From a virus (taxonomy: Duplodnaviria > Caudoviricetes): a stretch of DNA of 26,333 nt. The stretch lies in the IMG/VR virus record IMGVR_UViG_3300014155_000011, positions 1-26,333 of that record; one strand, given 5' to 3'. Numbering within the stretch: the first letter of the stretch is position 1; each line of letters opens with the position of its first letter. Shown here piece by piece: positions 1 to 9,595 of the stretch. A program made the translations under genes and the position numbers. A model generated the notes under the pieces. It was not told the DNA's origin, ran no database searches, and worked only from the letters and a program-made list of their open reading frames with translations.

Positions 1-1
1 A

Positions 2-397
2 ATCAATACGGGAAAGCCGTGCTCTCCTGAAACACGTAAGAAAATAAGAGAACATCACAAGATATTTTTCAATCAGGAATCCGTTCGCAGAGAAATATCA
101 GAACGTCAGCGCGGTGAAAAAGGCCCTGGGTGGAAGGACGGAAGAACCCCAATCAACAAAAGATTGAGAACTTCTATCGAGTATAAGTTGTGGCGAGAGG
201 CAGTGTTTGCCCGAGATAACTGGACATGTCAGGAATGTGGGAAAAGAGGGTCCACAATCCTTCATCCTCATCACATAAAGCCTTTTGCCGATTTTCCCGA
301 ATTAAGGTTTTCAATTGACAATGGTCTTACGTTATGTTTACTTTGTCATCGGGAAGTACACAGAAGTATGAAGTTAGGAGATAAGAAGTATGCCTGA
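2..397 (+). CDS. HNH endonuclease with N-terminal NUMOD3-like motifs (5'-truncated)
   Basis: The frame is open from base 2 (INTGKPCSPETRKKIREHH...RREISERQRGEKGPGWKDG), upstream of the tracked TTG at 164. C-terminal CxxC...HPHHI...DNGLTLCxxCH HNH motif. AT-richer than the downstream genes. Confidence 0.88.
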   Translation: MNTGKPCSPETRKKIREHHKIFFNQESVRREISERQRGEKGPGWKDGRTPINKRLRTSIEYKLWREAVFARDNWTCQECGKRGSTILHPHHIKPFADFPELRFSIDNGLTLCLLCHREVHRSMKLGDKKYA

Positions 398-1112
398 AGT
401 GGCAGAGACTCACACCGAACCAGTTAAGGAATCTTTGGGATGGCGTGCGGGTTTGCCGAGCGATCTTCAACAGAACGAAACCTTCAAATCTTTCAAGACA
501 GTAGGAGAACTTGGTAAAAGCTATCTTGAAACGACCGCGAAGTATTCCGAACTAGAGAGAAAGCTTGGCGACTATGTACCCAAACTTCCAGATAACCCTA
601 CCGATGAGGACAAGAATCTGTATTTCAATGCTTTAGGAAGGCCCGAAACAGCCACGGACTACGAGTTTGAAGGAGAGGACAAAAACGCCCCCGAGTGGAC
701 GAATCACTGGAAGCAGCAATTTCATTCTCTGGGTCTTACCAAGGCGCAAGCCAAGACCCTGAGCGCCTCCTGGAACAAACAGATGCAAGCAATGGTGGAG
801 GCGCACAACACCGCCATCAAGAATGAAATGGCCGCTGCGGAAGGAAAACTCAGAAGCGAGATGGGCGATAAGTACGATACCAACGTGGAACTGGCCAAGC
901 GGTTGTGGACCAAGTACGGAGAAGGCGAATTCGACAAGGCGTTCGAGAATGGGAACTCGGCTTACCGGGCGACCACCATTCGGATGCTCTTGAAATTTGC
1001 CGCCCTGACGGGTGAAGACCGTTCACCGCAGGGAGGGACAACTCTGCCGGGCGGGAAGAAAGTCACCTTCATCGCCTATGACAAGAGTCCAGAACCTCCG
1101 AAGAAAGGTTGA
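390..1112 (+). CDS. Capsid scaffolding (prohead assembly) protein
   Basis: 240 aa, charged and helical, with W-R-x-x-L-P...KSY...ALGRPE...DYEF pattern typical of scaffolds in this phage group. Immediately upstream of the MCP; GGAG RBS at 377-380. Confidence 0.75.
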   Translation: MPEVAETHTEPVKESLGWRAGLPSDLQQNETFKSFKTVGELGKSYLETTAKYSELERKLGDYVPKLPDNPTDEDKNLYFNALGRPETATDYEFEGEDKNAPEWTNHWKQQFHSLGLTKAQAKTLSASWNKQMQAMVEAHNTAIKNEMAAAEGKLRSEMGDKYDTNVELAKRLWTKYGEGEFDKAFENGNSAYRATTIRMLLKFAALTGEDRSPQGGTTLPGGKKVTFIAYDKSPEPPKKG

Positions 1113-1131
1113 CCCGTAAAGGAGATTGGCT

Positions 1132-2187
1132 ATGACAGATGTTCTACAATTGCCGTATTCCACGCTTCTCGACATCGTGCAGAACTATACCTCCGCCGAC
1201 GCGGCGGCACGGTTTGTTTTGCCCAAGAGAATTCTCGATCGCATGACCCCGCTGGTCAAAATGCTGCCGATGAAACCCAGCAACAACATTCTCTCGAACA
1301 TCGCCGTGCGCACCGATTCCTTGCCGGTTGCGAGCACGCGTACCTTTAATCAGGGCATCCAGCCCACGGCAGCGAAGAACGCTCCCATCAGCGATCCCAT
1401 CGCCTTGTTCGAGGACTACTCGGAAGTGGACAAGGACTTGTGGGAGCTACAGAACGACCCGAATGCGTGGCGTGCCGACCAGGACATGAACCACGTCGAG
1501 GGTCTGTTCCAGTTGATGGAATCGACGCTGATTTACGGCTCTCTTTCGCAGAATGCCGGGGCCTTCAATGGGCTGGCCACGCGCTTCAACAACAAGGAAT
1601 CGTATCCCAACGGCGACCAGTCCTGGGTTCCGAACGTGTGGGATGGCGGAGGGTCTTCCGTAACCAACGTGACCAGCGCATGGATGATTGAGTTCGGCGA
1701 TGACAGCGTTTATGGCATCTATCCGCCCAACACGCCTGCGGGCCTGAGCATCCGGGATTTGGGGGAAGTCACCAAGGAACTGGCCACCGGCACCGCTTCC
1801 ACTGGACTGAATTACCTGTATCAAGTCCTGCGCACCCTGTTACGCTGGTACATGGGCATTCAGATTGCCGATGAGCGTTGCGTACAGCGCATCGCCAACA
1901 TCAATCCCACCGCTCTTTCCAGTCCCGGAACCTTCGATGAGAACATTTTTATCCAGGCCAAGAACTGGCTGCCACGCGCCGGGGAAGCTCCAGGAACTGT
2001 GATTCTGGTCAACCGCAACCTGAAGACACAGATTGACATTCGTGCGGTCAGCCAGAAAATCAACACCTATTTCACACCGCCCAGCGACAACAGCATGGAC
2101 GTGTTCGGGAAGGCCGTTACGAAATTCCAGAACATCCCGATTTATGTTGCGGAAAAAATCCTCTCAACCGAAACGGCCATCACCTAA
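1132..2187 (+). CDS. Major capsid protein, HK97 fold, epsilon15 gp7 / BPP-1 Bbp17 type
   Basis: Motifs TLLDI, R.FNQGIQPT, SEVDKDL, LIYG...AFNGLATRFN, GIYP...AGL...DLG, W..G..I.D.R.V.RIANI and C-terminal F..IPI...EKILSTETAI match my recollection of epsilon15 gp7. AGGAG at 1120-1124 favours ATG 1132 over TTG 1126. Confidence 0.93.
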   Translation: MTDVLQLPYSTLLDIVQNYTSADAAARFVLPKRILDRMTPLVKMLPMKPSNNILSNIAVRTDSLPVASTRTFNQGIQPTAAKNAPISDPIALFEDYSEVDKDLWELQNDPNAWRADQDMNHVEGLFQLMESTLIYGSLSQNAGAFNGLATRFNNKESYPNGDQSWVPNVWDGGGSSVTNVTSAWMIEFGDDSVYGIYPPNTPAGLSIRDLGEVTKELATGTASTGLNYLYQVLRTLLRWYMGIQIADERCVQRIANINPTALSSPGTFDENIFIQAKNWLPRAGEAPGTVILVNRNLKTQIDIRAVSQKINTYFTPPSDNSMDVFGKAVTKFQNIPIYVAEKILSTETAIT

Positions 2188-2199
2188 AGGAGATATGAG

Positions 2200-2703
2200 A
2201 TGCCAGTAACCGACGCACTTCTATTGCTTCACGGAACGCTTGCTACTCCGGGCACTCTCTTTGGCACGGATACGAACCAACATGCTACCGCTTACGTGCT
2301 CAATTTCGGGGCAGCGGCTTCAGGAGCTTCGTATCCGTATCTGCCGGAATTTCCATCCATTGCCGAGAAGGGTTATTCCTTCCCGCCCGAAATCGTGGGC
2401 GACGGCGGAGTGGAAATGGGAGTTCACCTCGTTATCTCCACTGCCGTCATCGGAACTTCAGGAGGAATGACGGCGGGCACCCTCTTCGTGGGAACCGGAA
2501 GCACGGACAGCGTTTCCACTACCATCGCCCAGCGAACCTTGACGATTACGCAGCTTGGCGTGGCCGGGGCGCATTACTTCATCCCGGTTCCTGTGGCTTC
2601 CATCGTGCAATACCTGGGATGTTTCCAACAGGCCACCACGCACGCGGCGGACTCTGGAACCGGCATCATCTGGTTCGGTCCCAAGACCGGAGGCGAACAG
2701 TAA
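2200..2703 (+). CDS. Probable capsid cement/decoration protein (Bbp16 / epsilon15 gp10-like jelly roll)
   Basis: Directly after the MCP with a strong AAGGAG RBS. 167 aa, beta-rich, starts MPVTDALL; L.VAGAHYFIPVP...QYLG pattern fits Bbp16-like cements. Confidence 0.65.
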   Translation: MPVTDALLLLHGTLATPGTLFGTDTNQHATAYVLNFGAAASGASYPYLPEFPSIAEKGYSFPPEIVGDGGVEMGVHLVISTAVIGTSGGMTAGTLFVGTGSTDSVSTTIAQRTLTITQLGVAGAHYFIPVPVASIVQYLGCFQQATTHAADSGTGIIWFGPKTGGEQ

Positions 2704-2704
2704 A

Positions 2705-3070
2705 ATGTCAGTAACAGCCGGGTACAAGGTTGACCAGCGATTTACGTTCTTCGCGGTGTCCACGGACACGCTCCCTACCATGTGGAGCGGTCAACCTATG
2801 CCCATCGGCTCCGAGGTCTATCTTACAGATGTGAACCAGAGACTCGCCTGGACAGGTTCGGCATGGGTCAACCTGGAGGACGTGGTAGAGGAGAGTCCGG
2901 TTTACAACCCTCCTCTGACCACGATAAACGACACCGAGACCCAGGTACTATCGCTGCTCGGGCAAATTCTGGCGCAACTCCAGCTTTTGAATGCATCGGT
3001 AGGAAATAATCCTAGCGATGCTCCACTTGATTTGAACACAAGCAATTCAACTTTGACACAAACACAATAA
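2705..3070 (+). CDS. Hypothetical virion-associated protein (121 aa)
   Basis: True start is probably ATG 2705, just after the TAA at 2701-2703 (GGAGG at 2689-2693), not the tracked 2555. STDTLPT...IGS....TD.....W.G..W small beta motif followed by a short Leu/Gln helix. Confidence 0.7.
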   Translation: MSVTAGYKVDQRFTFFAVSTDTLPTMWSGQPMPIGSEVYLTDVNQRLAWTGSAWVNLEDVVEESPVYNPPLTTINDTETQVLSLLGQILAQLQLLNASVGNNPSDAPLDLNTSNSTLTQTQ

Positions 3071-3080
3071 GGAGAAGCAC

Positions 3081-3719
3081 ATGGGCGTCATTATCTCAGG
3101 GAACCAAAACCAGACTGGAAAGCAGGTAGGGCAGAATATCCCCGCAAGCGTAGGGGAATTCGGCGATCCGCTGGTATCGGAACTTCAGCCTCGGTACTAT
3201 GAGCAGGCGTACCGTGGCCAATCCTTTATTTTGAGCGTTGCCGCTGCTGCGGGCACTGCCTACACGGGAACCAGTGGAGGCACGCCTCTGCTCGCTATCT
3301 GGAATCCTCCGGGTAGCGGCAAGAACCTCGTCCTCTTACGCGCAACGACCAACGTCGTGGTTGGCGGCTCTGCGGCTGGCTTTACGCAGTTCCGTCTGTA
3401 CGGCGGCCCAACTGTGACTATCACTCAGGCAACCGTGACCACTCCCATCAGTACGCTATCGTTGAGTGCCTCCGGTTCGGTGGCGAAGGGTTATTCAAAC
3501 GTGGCGACGACTAGCTCGACGGCTCTGAGTTTCCTCGAATCCATCGGCGCGCACGCTTGGTACTCTGGTGTCGGCGTGGTTCTCTCGCCTCCGATTACCT
3601 GGGACTTTGCCGGTGGCTACATCGTGGTTCCCGGAAACATGCTGGCTCTGGGAGCAGTGACCATTCCAACCTCGATGACGAACGACGCCACGCTGGTCTG
3701 GGCGGAAGTTGCCATCTAA
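3081..3719 (+). CDS. Hypothetical beta-rich structural protein (possible head decoration)
   Basis: AAGGAG RBS at 3069-3074; 212 aa rich in Gly/Ala/Thr/Ser with alternating beta-strand pattern; lies in the head gene block. Confidence 0.7.
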   Translation: MGVIISGNQNQTGKQVGQNIPASVGEFGDPLVSELQPRYYEQAYRGQSFILSVAAAAGTAYTGTSGGTPLLAIWNPPGSGKNLVLLRATTNVVVGGSAAGFTQFRLYGGPTVTITQATVTTPISTLSLSASGSVAKGYSNVATTSSTALSFLESIGAHAWYSGVGVVLSPPITWDFAGGYIVVPGNMLALGAVTIPTSMTNDATLVWAEVAI

Positions 3720-3728
3720 GGGGGCTAA

Positions 3729-4112
3729 ATGGCGCTATCTCCGGCTAGTCAGCAACAGAACTGCTTCCCTGTTGTGATGGGTGCGGTTCAGAAGACCGCC
3801 TTCACCTTTGCGGCGATTTCCTCGACCCCGGTGGTGGTCAACGCCCCACCGGGGATTTACCGATTCTTTGTGTATGCGGTTATCACCACTGCGCAATCGT
3901 CGGATACATTGACGGTGAATGCCATCTGGACGGATGACTTCCAGGCCAACACGGTGGCAATCCTCAGCGCCGTTTCCACAACTTCGCAGGGGTATTTTCA
4001 AGGGCAATCGGTCATAGAGAATACCGCGACGGCCAACATCAACTATTCCGTCTCAACGACGGCGACGACGGCGGTGGGAAATATCTACATCGTCGTGGAG
4101 CGTGTGTTCTAA
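3729..4112 (+). CDS. Hypothetical beta-sandwich structural protein
   Basis: 127 aa, Thr/Ala/Val-rich all-beta pattern (PGIYRFFVYAVI...NIYIVVERV); AAGGGGG purine tract upstream. Confidence 0.7.
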   Translation: MALSPASQQQNCFPVVMGAVQKTAFTFAAISSTPVVVNAPPGIYRFFVYAVITTAQSSDTLTVNAIWTDDFQANTVAILSAVSTTSQGYFQGQSVIENTATANINYSVSTTATTAVGNIYIVVERVF

Positions 4113-4540
4113 TGCTGGTCAAGGCCAAATGTCTGACACCTGCCTGGGACAATCCCATTCTTTACAAGCCTGGGCAGGGTCCGTTTGGCGGCCTCTACGA
4201 GATTGACTCGGAAGGCAAACTGGCCAAGATGCAAATACGTCCCGGCGTATTCGTTTTCGAGTTCGACCGGGAAGCCGCAAAGTCTTCCTCTGCCCCCAAT
4301 GAATCATCTGCCCTCTCTGCCCCATCGGCCTCAACTGCCGGAGAGGGGGTGAGTTCTTCGGCAGTTGAGGTCCAGCCGGAACCCGAGAAGGTGGACCTGA
4401 GAGGGAAAGGCGAACGTATCTGTAAGGGATGTGGGCAGCCCTTCCCGCATGTCAATGCTCTGGTGCAGCATAAGAAGACTTGTCCTGGAAAAGCACCTGC
4501 GGTCCAAGAAGTTACGCAAGGGGCTGAGGCCACTGTCTAA
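4112..4540 (+). CDS. Hypothetical protein with C-terminal C2HC (classical C2H2-type) zinc finger
   Basis: TAATG overlap with the upstream gene. Small N-domain, Ser/Ala/Pro linker, then CKGCGQPFPHVNALVQHKKTC = C-x2-C-x3-F-x5-L-x2-H-x3-C. Confidence 0.75.
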   Translation: MLVKAKCLTPAWDNPILYKPGQGPFGGLYEIDSEGKLAKMQIRPGVFVFEFDREAAKSSSAPNESSALSAPSASTAGEGVSSSAVEVQPEPEKVDLRGKGERICKGCGQPFPHVNALVQHKKTCPGKAPAVQEVTQGAEATV

Positions 4541-4569
4541 AGCGGTGGCGAGGAGTCACCTGCTTTGGA
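4536..4569 (+). promoter_or_regulatory. RNA hairpin occluding the RBS and TTG start of tail tubular protein A (translational attenuator and/or weak terminator)
   Basis: TCTAAAGC-GGTGGC [GAGGA] GTCACC-T-GCTTTGGA: 14 pairs including 2 G-U and one bulged U. Upstream stop TAA in the 5' arm, SD in the loop, TTG in the 3' arm. Confidence 0.6.
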
Positions 4570-5311
4570 ATACAGTCAGGCTCAAATCAGCAATCTGGCT
4601 CTTGGGCGCATCGGCGCTCGCGGGCAAATCACCGACATCAACGATGGCACTGCCAACGCGGTCAAGGTTCTGGCCGTGTGGGATGCTGTGTTCCAGGAGG
4701 TCTTGAGCGATCGAGATTGGAAATTCGCTAAGACCCGCACGCAACTCCAGCTTGCCAACATAGTTCCCCTGTATACCTTTCAGTATGCCTGGAAACTTCC
4801 CGCTGACTTTCTGCGTTTTGTGCGGCCACAGAAACTTCCTCCCGACCGTCGTAGCTGGTACTGGGGATGGGGGCCGGAAGGCACGGGCTGGTATCATCGT
4901 GATGACCCACCGTTCTGGCCTCACGGATGGCCCTACAAAATCGAGACTCTTACCGCTGGCTGGCAATCACCCATCACCAATCCTCCGGTTGCGTTTACGG
5001 GTCCATTTCCCGCCGGACGCTATGCCCTGACCAACTATGGCGGCTGGCAATTCCCGGCCATGATTACCTACATCCAACTCATCACCGACTACACGCAACT
5101 CATGCCGGGATTCGTCAACTGCCTGGCCAACCGTCTTGCTATGGAATTGTCCATCGGCATTACGGAAGACAAGAACAAGTTTCAGTTGATGCAGGAAATG
5201 TACAAGGACAGTTTGAACAGCAGCGAATCACAAAATGAATGTCTTGATTTTTCGCATGACGAAAGCGGAAGCACCCTTTGGCAAGATGCAGGCCGATGGA
5301 TAAGATGGTGA
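4565..5311 (+). CDS. Tail tubular protein A / head-tail adaptor (T7 gp11-like)
   Basis: N-terminal ISNLALGRIGA..ITDI, then VL...DWKFA.TR..L, F.YAW.LPADFLR and F..CLA.RLA.EL...IT, typical of gp11-like adaptors. TTG start with AGGAG at 4551-4555. Confidence 0.85.
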   Translation: MEYSQAQISNLALGRIGARGQITDINDGTANAVKVLAVWDAVFQEVLSDRDWKFAKTRTQLQLANIVPLYTFQYAWKLPADFLRFVRPQKLPPDRRSWYWGWGPEGTGWYHRDDPPFWPHGWPYKIETLTAGWQSPITNPPVAFTGPFPAGRYALTNYGGWQFPAMITYIQLITDYTQLMPGFVNCLANRLAMELSIGITEDKNKFQLMQEMYKDSLNSSESQNECLDFSHDESGSTLWQDAGRWIRW

Positions 5312-5314
5312 GAC

Positions 5315-8300
5315 ATGCCACCTAAGATATATGCAAGAGTAAACAACTTCAACGGTGGTGAAATTTCTGAACTGTTAACAAACAGAGAGGATTTGTCCAA
5401 ATATTCTTCCGCCTGCAAGATACTTGAGAATGCTTTGCCTTTGGTGGAGGGCGGGGCGAAGAAGATGCCGGGAACGTATTTCGGAGGAGCCACCGCCTTG
5501 GGCGGTTCGATGTTCACCGGGTCGATGTTCGGAACGACTCTTACCGTAACGTCGGTCAACTACGGAGTTCTGCAAGTAGGTCAGACCATTGTTGGACTTG
5601 GCGTACTGGCGGGAACGACGATTACGGCGTTTGGCACGGGCACGGGAGGTACAGGAGCCTACACAATCAGTGTATCCCAAACGGTTGCGAGCGAGATGAT
5701 GCAGACGGCCAGCAGCGGGCAGAGCCGCTTGGTTTCGTTTCAATTCTCGACCACACAAGGAGCGATTCTGGAGTTTTCCGAAAGATTGGTGCGAATTTGG
5801 GAAGTGACGAATGAAGGGAATTGGCCGCTGGGTTTGGCGGTGACTTCTCCTCCTGCCACCAACAACTATGACCCAGGAACATCCTATGCGGTAGGGACCG
5901 AGGTTCAATTGGGGCAGTTTTGGGCTATAGCAGCTCGCGGAATATCTGGCGCATTCTTTATCGCGGCTCCCCATGGAGTTTCCATCTACAGCCAGTTTCA
6001 AATCACTCTCTCGGTAAATTCCAGAGATGCGCTAAGTGTCACAATAACGGGAAGTAGCCCTTATCAGGGAATCAACATCGCGCTGGCAAATGTCACGGCT
6101 TCCAAGAACGCGGCCAATTTGATTCAGGCTGCTATCCGCGCTCTAGGGTCGTTGAATTCCGGCACACCCGAATCCGTTGATTTGAGCAGTTGGACAGTCA
6201 CACCAGATTCCTATTATTATGCGAATCCCTGGATTACGGTACCCGCGCTTCCCTACTTTTGGTCGAACCCAGGAAACTGGATTGCTGTTTGTTCTGCCGC
6301 CAATCAGAACGACGAATTTCCTGCAACCGTAGGCATACAGGTGTTTTTTTCTTCTCACTTTACATACTACGGAGCAATTTTTTCGTGGAATTTCACTTAT
6401 TGGCAGGCTGGAAGCATTTCTACGGAACCACCGATTGTTTTGATTACTCCCTATGCCGAAGCGGACTTGTTTGACCTCGATGTGTCCACGCAAAGCGCCG
6501 ATGTGCTGTATATCGTGCATCCGAGTTATCCGCCTGCCTCGATCAACCGCATGTCGGCCACGAATTGGACTTACACGTTGCTGTCGCTATACGGCACGGA
6601 AGATGTCGTAAAGACCGGATTCAGTGCTCTTGGGCAACCTATTTCCAATATCACCCAAGCCAACCCGGCAGTGGTTACGGTTGCGAGCAATGGCGCTGCT
6701 CCCTTCAGCAACGGCCAGAGAATTTACATAAACCTGTGCTCGGGCATGGTAGAGCTTAATGAAGGTCAATTCCTTGTCGCCAATATGGGCGGCAGTAGTG
6801 GCGCATACACGTTTAATCTCTTGCCGCTTGGTTCAAGTGTGAGCGGCCCGGTCTCAGGCTTATCAGGAGCTTCAGGAGGCGGTTTTACCTCCAACCCATC
6901 GGGTTCCTATGCGACAACTGGAGGCACGGGTAATGGCCTGTACGTGGAGGTAGCATCTCAAAATGTTTACGATGGCATCTGGGTGATAACCTCGGTTTCT
7001 GTTGGCACTCCCGGAACGGGATACCAAGTCGGGGATGTTGTTAGATTTGTTGTTCTCGGTCAAACGCTTTATGCCACGGTAGATTCCGTTAGCCTTAGCG
7101 GGGAGATAAATTCAACCGGGTTTCTCGAATATGAAGGCGGCGGTTTCGCCGTAGCCGTCAACCCTCTTTTTAACACTGCGGGAAACTATCCCGCTTGCAC
7201 AACTCTCTATGAAGAGCGTTTCTGTCTGGCGGGTGCGGACAATACTCCTACGCAGATGAACGGCAGCGTTCAGGATGACTACCCCGATTTCATTTGCGAC
7301 CCGAACGAAGATGATTATGCCGTCCAGTTCACCTTGGTCTCCAACAAGCTCGACCAAATCCTCAACATGATTGGAACTCCAAACGCTCTGCTTCTGGGAA
7401 GTTCCGGGGGCGTATGGGTTATGGCGGGAATCAACGGGGCGGCGTTAAGCCAGTCAAGTGTGACCGCTGCAAAGCAAACCACCTGGGGCGTGAGCAATTT
7501 GGAACCGCAAATGATAGGTGATTACGCTCTTTTCGTCAGCCGTTCCGCCCGCATCGTGATGATGCTGGTTTACAACTTTACTACCAATCAATGGGACAAT
7601 TTCGATTTGACGCGCCTGAATCGCAACATCACTTTAGGGGCTTCCGCCGCAGAGTCCGGAATCATGCAGACCGGCGTGCAGACCGAGCCTTATCCCATTT
7701 ATTGGGCTGTCCGGGCGGACGGCCAACTCATCGGCCTAGTATTCAACCAGCAGGATCAGGTGTTTGCGTGGTTCCGCGTGAACATGCTACCCGAGGGAGG
7801 GGCAATCGAATCGGCGGCGGTCATCACTGGGCAGAACCAGGAGGACCAGCTTGCCGTGGTGGTGAACCGCACCATCAACGGAGTGACGCAAAGGTATTTC
7901 GAGTATTTCATGCCGCAAGAACTGTTCGGGGATTTATCCAATGCTTTCTTTGTTCATTGCGGCCAGCAATGGCAAGGGGTTGAGCCTTCAAGTATCACTG
8001 ATATTTCCATTGGTACGTCGTGTACAGTCACCGCTCCCGGACATGGCCTAAGCAATGGGATGAGCGTGCAAATCTCCGGCGTTCAAGGCATGACACAGGT
8101 GAACCAAGACAAGACCGAAGCATATACGATTACCGGAGTAACCACGAACACATTTGTCCTGTCTGGAATTGATTCGTATTCTTGGGGAATCTACACGGGT
8201 GGCGGAACGGTCATGCAGGTTACGAATCAGGTGACAGGCATGAGCTACCTACTCGGCCAAAGTGTCGTGGCTGTGGGTGACGGAGCGCAGATTTTGGAGC

Positions 8301-8692
8301 CTACAGTAGTGGCTGCGGACACGGTGACGTTCCCTTTCTACTGCAACCTCATCACGATAGGGCTGCCCTACCAGACAACGATTCAGCCCACCAATCCGGT
8401 AATCAGCACTACCGCCGCCACCACACGCGGGATGAAACAGAAACTCAATCGCGTAACACTCTCGCTCTATCAGGCTATGGGAGGGCAGTACGGCATCGAC
8501 CTCGACCACATGCACGACATCACTTATGGTCCCGGAACGCAAGGACAAACGCCGGGAATGTCCACGGTGGAAATGACCGAAGACATGGATGCGGATTGGA
8601 TGGATAGCTCCACTTTCTATGTCACGCAGGACGACCCGTTTCCTTTTACGTTGCGAGCATTAGTGATGAGGCTTTCTTACAATGCAGACTGA
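5315..8692 (+). CDS. Tail tubular protein B / nozzle (T7 gp12-like) with several inserted accessory domains
   Basis: [14 protein letters not shown]...C..LEN..P...GGA...PGT start; later TPY...DL..L...[15 protein letters not shown]......EERF, R.DG.L..L.......V.AW and GLPY...I.P motifs. 1125 aa, longer than typical gp12 homologues. Confidence 0.88.
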   Translation: MPPKIYARVNNFNGGEISELLTNREDLSKYSSACKILENALPLVEGGAKKMPGTYFGGATALGGSMFTGSMFGTTLTVTSVNYGVLQVGQTIVGLGVLAGTTITAFGTGTGGTGAYTISVSQTVASEMMQTASSGQSRLVSFQFSTTQGAILEFSERLVRIWEVTNEGNWPLGLAVTSPPATNNYDPGTSYAVGTEVQLGQFWAIAARGISGAFFIAAPHGVSIYSQFQITLSVNSRDALSVTITGSSPYQGINIALANVTASKNAANLIQAAIRALGSLNSGTPESVDLSSWTVTPDSYYYANPWITVPALPYFWSNPGNWIAVCSAANQNDEFPATVGIQVFFSSHFTYYGAIFSWNFTYWQAGSISTEPPIVLITPYAEADLFDLDVSTQSADVLYIVHPSYPPASINRMSATNWTYTLLSLYGTEDVVKTGFSALGQPISNITQANPAVVTVASNGAAPFSNGQRIYINLCSGMVELNEGQFLVANMGGSSGAYTFNLLPLGSSVSGPVSGLSGASGGGFTSNPSGSYATTGGTGNGLYVEVASQNVYDGIWVITSVSVGTPGTGYQVGDVVRFVVLGQTLYATVDSVSLSGEINSTGFLEYEGGGFAVAVNPLFNTAGNYPACTTLYEERFCLAGADNTPTQMNGSVQDDYPDFICDPNEDDYAVQFTLVSNKLDQILNMIGTPNALLLGSSGGVWVMAGINGAALSQSSVTAAKQTTWGVSNLEPQMIGDYALFVSRSARIVMMLVYNFTTNQWDNFDLTRLNRNITLGASAAESGIMQTGVQTEPYPIYWAVRADGQLIGLVFNQQDQVFAWFRVNMLPEGGAIESAAVITGQNQEDQLAVVVNRTINGVTQRYFEYFMPQELFGDLSNAFFVHCGQQWQGVEPSSITDISIGTSCTVTAPGHGLSNGMSVQISGVQGMTQVNQDKTEAYTITGVTTNTFVLSGIDSYSWGIYTGGGTVMQVTNQVTGMSYLLGQSVVAVGDGAQILEPTVVAADTVTFPFYCNLITIGLPYQTTIQPTNPVISTTAATTRGMKQKLNRVTLSLYQAMGGQYGIDLDHMHDITYGPGTQGQTPGMSTVEMTEDMDADWMDSSTFYVTQDDPFPFTLRALVMRLSYNAD

Positions 8693-9110
8693 ATTAGTTA
8701 CGCTCGAAATTGGGCACCTCAAGAAATTGATGGTGCTCCCACCTGATAGTCCCATCACGCCGGAGTCCTACTTTTCCGAGGGCAGCGCAGCTTACTGTTT
8801 GCTGGCGGACGGCAATCCGGTATTCGCCGGAGGCATCGTGAACCTGCAATGGAACCGGGGAGAAGCCTGGATTACTCCGAATGATTTCTTTCACCGGAAC
8901 GTGAAAACCTGCTTCCGCATCCTCAAGAAGATGCTCCCCGAAATCGCCGCGAGCAAGAAATTCCGAAGAATACAGGCAGTGTGCTCCGCCAACGTGCCAG
9001 AGACTCTTTTCCTGCACTTAGGTTTCGAGTACGAAGCTACGTTGAAGGCTTTCGGGCCATTTGGGGAGCGGTGTAAGATGTTCTCAAGAATTTTCGGAGA
9101 TGCAGGATGA
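8682..9110 (+). CDS. GNAT-fold protein at the T7 gp13 syntenic position
   Basis: DG.PV.AGGI......GEAW ... RRIQA........FL..LGFEYE..L..FG..G pattern of phage GNAT-like proteins between nozzle and ejection genes. Confidence 0.75.
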   Translation: MQTELVTLEIGHLKKLMVLPPDSPITPESYFSEGSAAYCLLADGNPVFAGGIVNLQWNRGEAWITPNDFFHRNVKTCFRILKKMLPEIAASKKFRRIQAVCSANVPETLFLHLGFEYEATLKAFGPFGERCKMFSRIFGDAG

Positions 9111-9592
9111 CGCCGCAACAGGGAGCAACGGGTTTCATGGGCATAGGGATGCTCTCCTCGTTGTTTGGCGGGATTAGCCAATACAAAGAGGGCCAAGCGG
9201 AAAAATCGGCTTACGATTATAACGCTGACATCACTCTCCAGAACATGCGGGCGCAAATGGTCGCCAGCCAGGAGAAGTATTCCCAACTCGTTGGGCGGCA
9301 GGCGTCCAGTTACGCCCGTGCGGGAGTGGACATTGCTTCCGGTTCTCCGCTCTTGATGATGGCCGCGACTGCTGGGCGTGGAGGGCAAGAAGCCGAACAA
9401 ATCGAGCAGGCGGGAACCGAAGAAGCGGCCTTGCAGCAATACTACGGACGCATAGCGGCATGGAAGGGAACCTTGTCGAGTGTGGGAGATTTTCTTGGCG
9501 GGATGACCGGAAGCCTGTCGAACTATTACAAGATGTTCCCGCCGACACCCGGAGCTACACCCTCAGCATCTCCAGAAGGCGTGATGGGTTAA
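9107..9592 (+). CDS. Small internal virion/ejection protein (T7 gp14-like)
   Basis: Gly-rich hydrophobic N-terminus, Q/A/E-rich helices, GRQASSYARAGVDI.SGSPL motif and Gly-rich C-terminal helix; ATGA overlap with the GNAT gene. Confidence 0.75.
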   Translation: MTPQQGATGFMGIGMLSSLFGGISQYKEGQAEKSAYDYNADITLQNMRAQMVASQEKYSQLVGRQASSYARAGVDIASGSPLLMMAATAGRGGQEAEQIEQAGTEEAALQQYYGRIAAWKGTLSSVGDFLGGMTGSLSNYYKMFPPTPGATPSASPEGVMG

Positions 9593-9595
9593 ACG

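Noticed and set aside
2150-2202. T7 10A/10B-style frameshift or readthrough extending the MCP (A6 run near the end; cement gene in the same frame)
   Set aside because: No canonical X-XXY-YYZ heptamer in frame, both shifted frames stop within a few codons, TAA is rarely read through, and the cement gene has its own strong RBS.
2555-2704. Tracked N-terminal extension of the 2555-3070 ORF
   Set aside because: Overlaps the cement gene by about 150 nt; ATG 2705 with its own RBS is more plausible.
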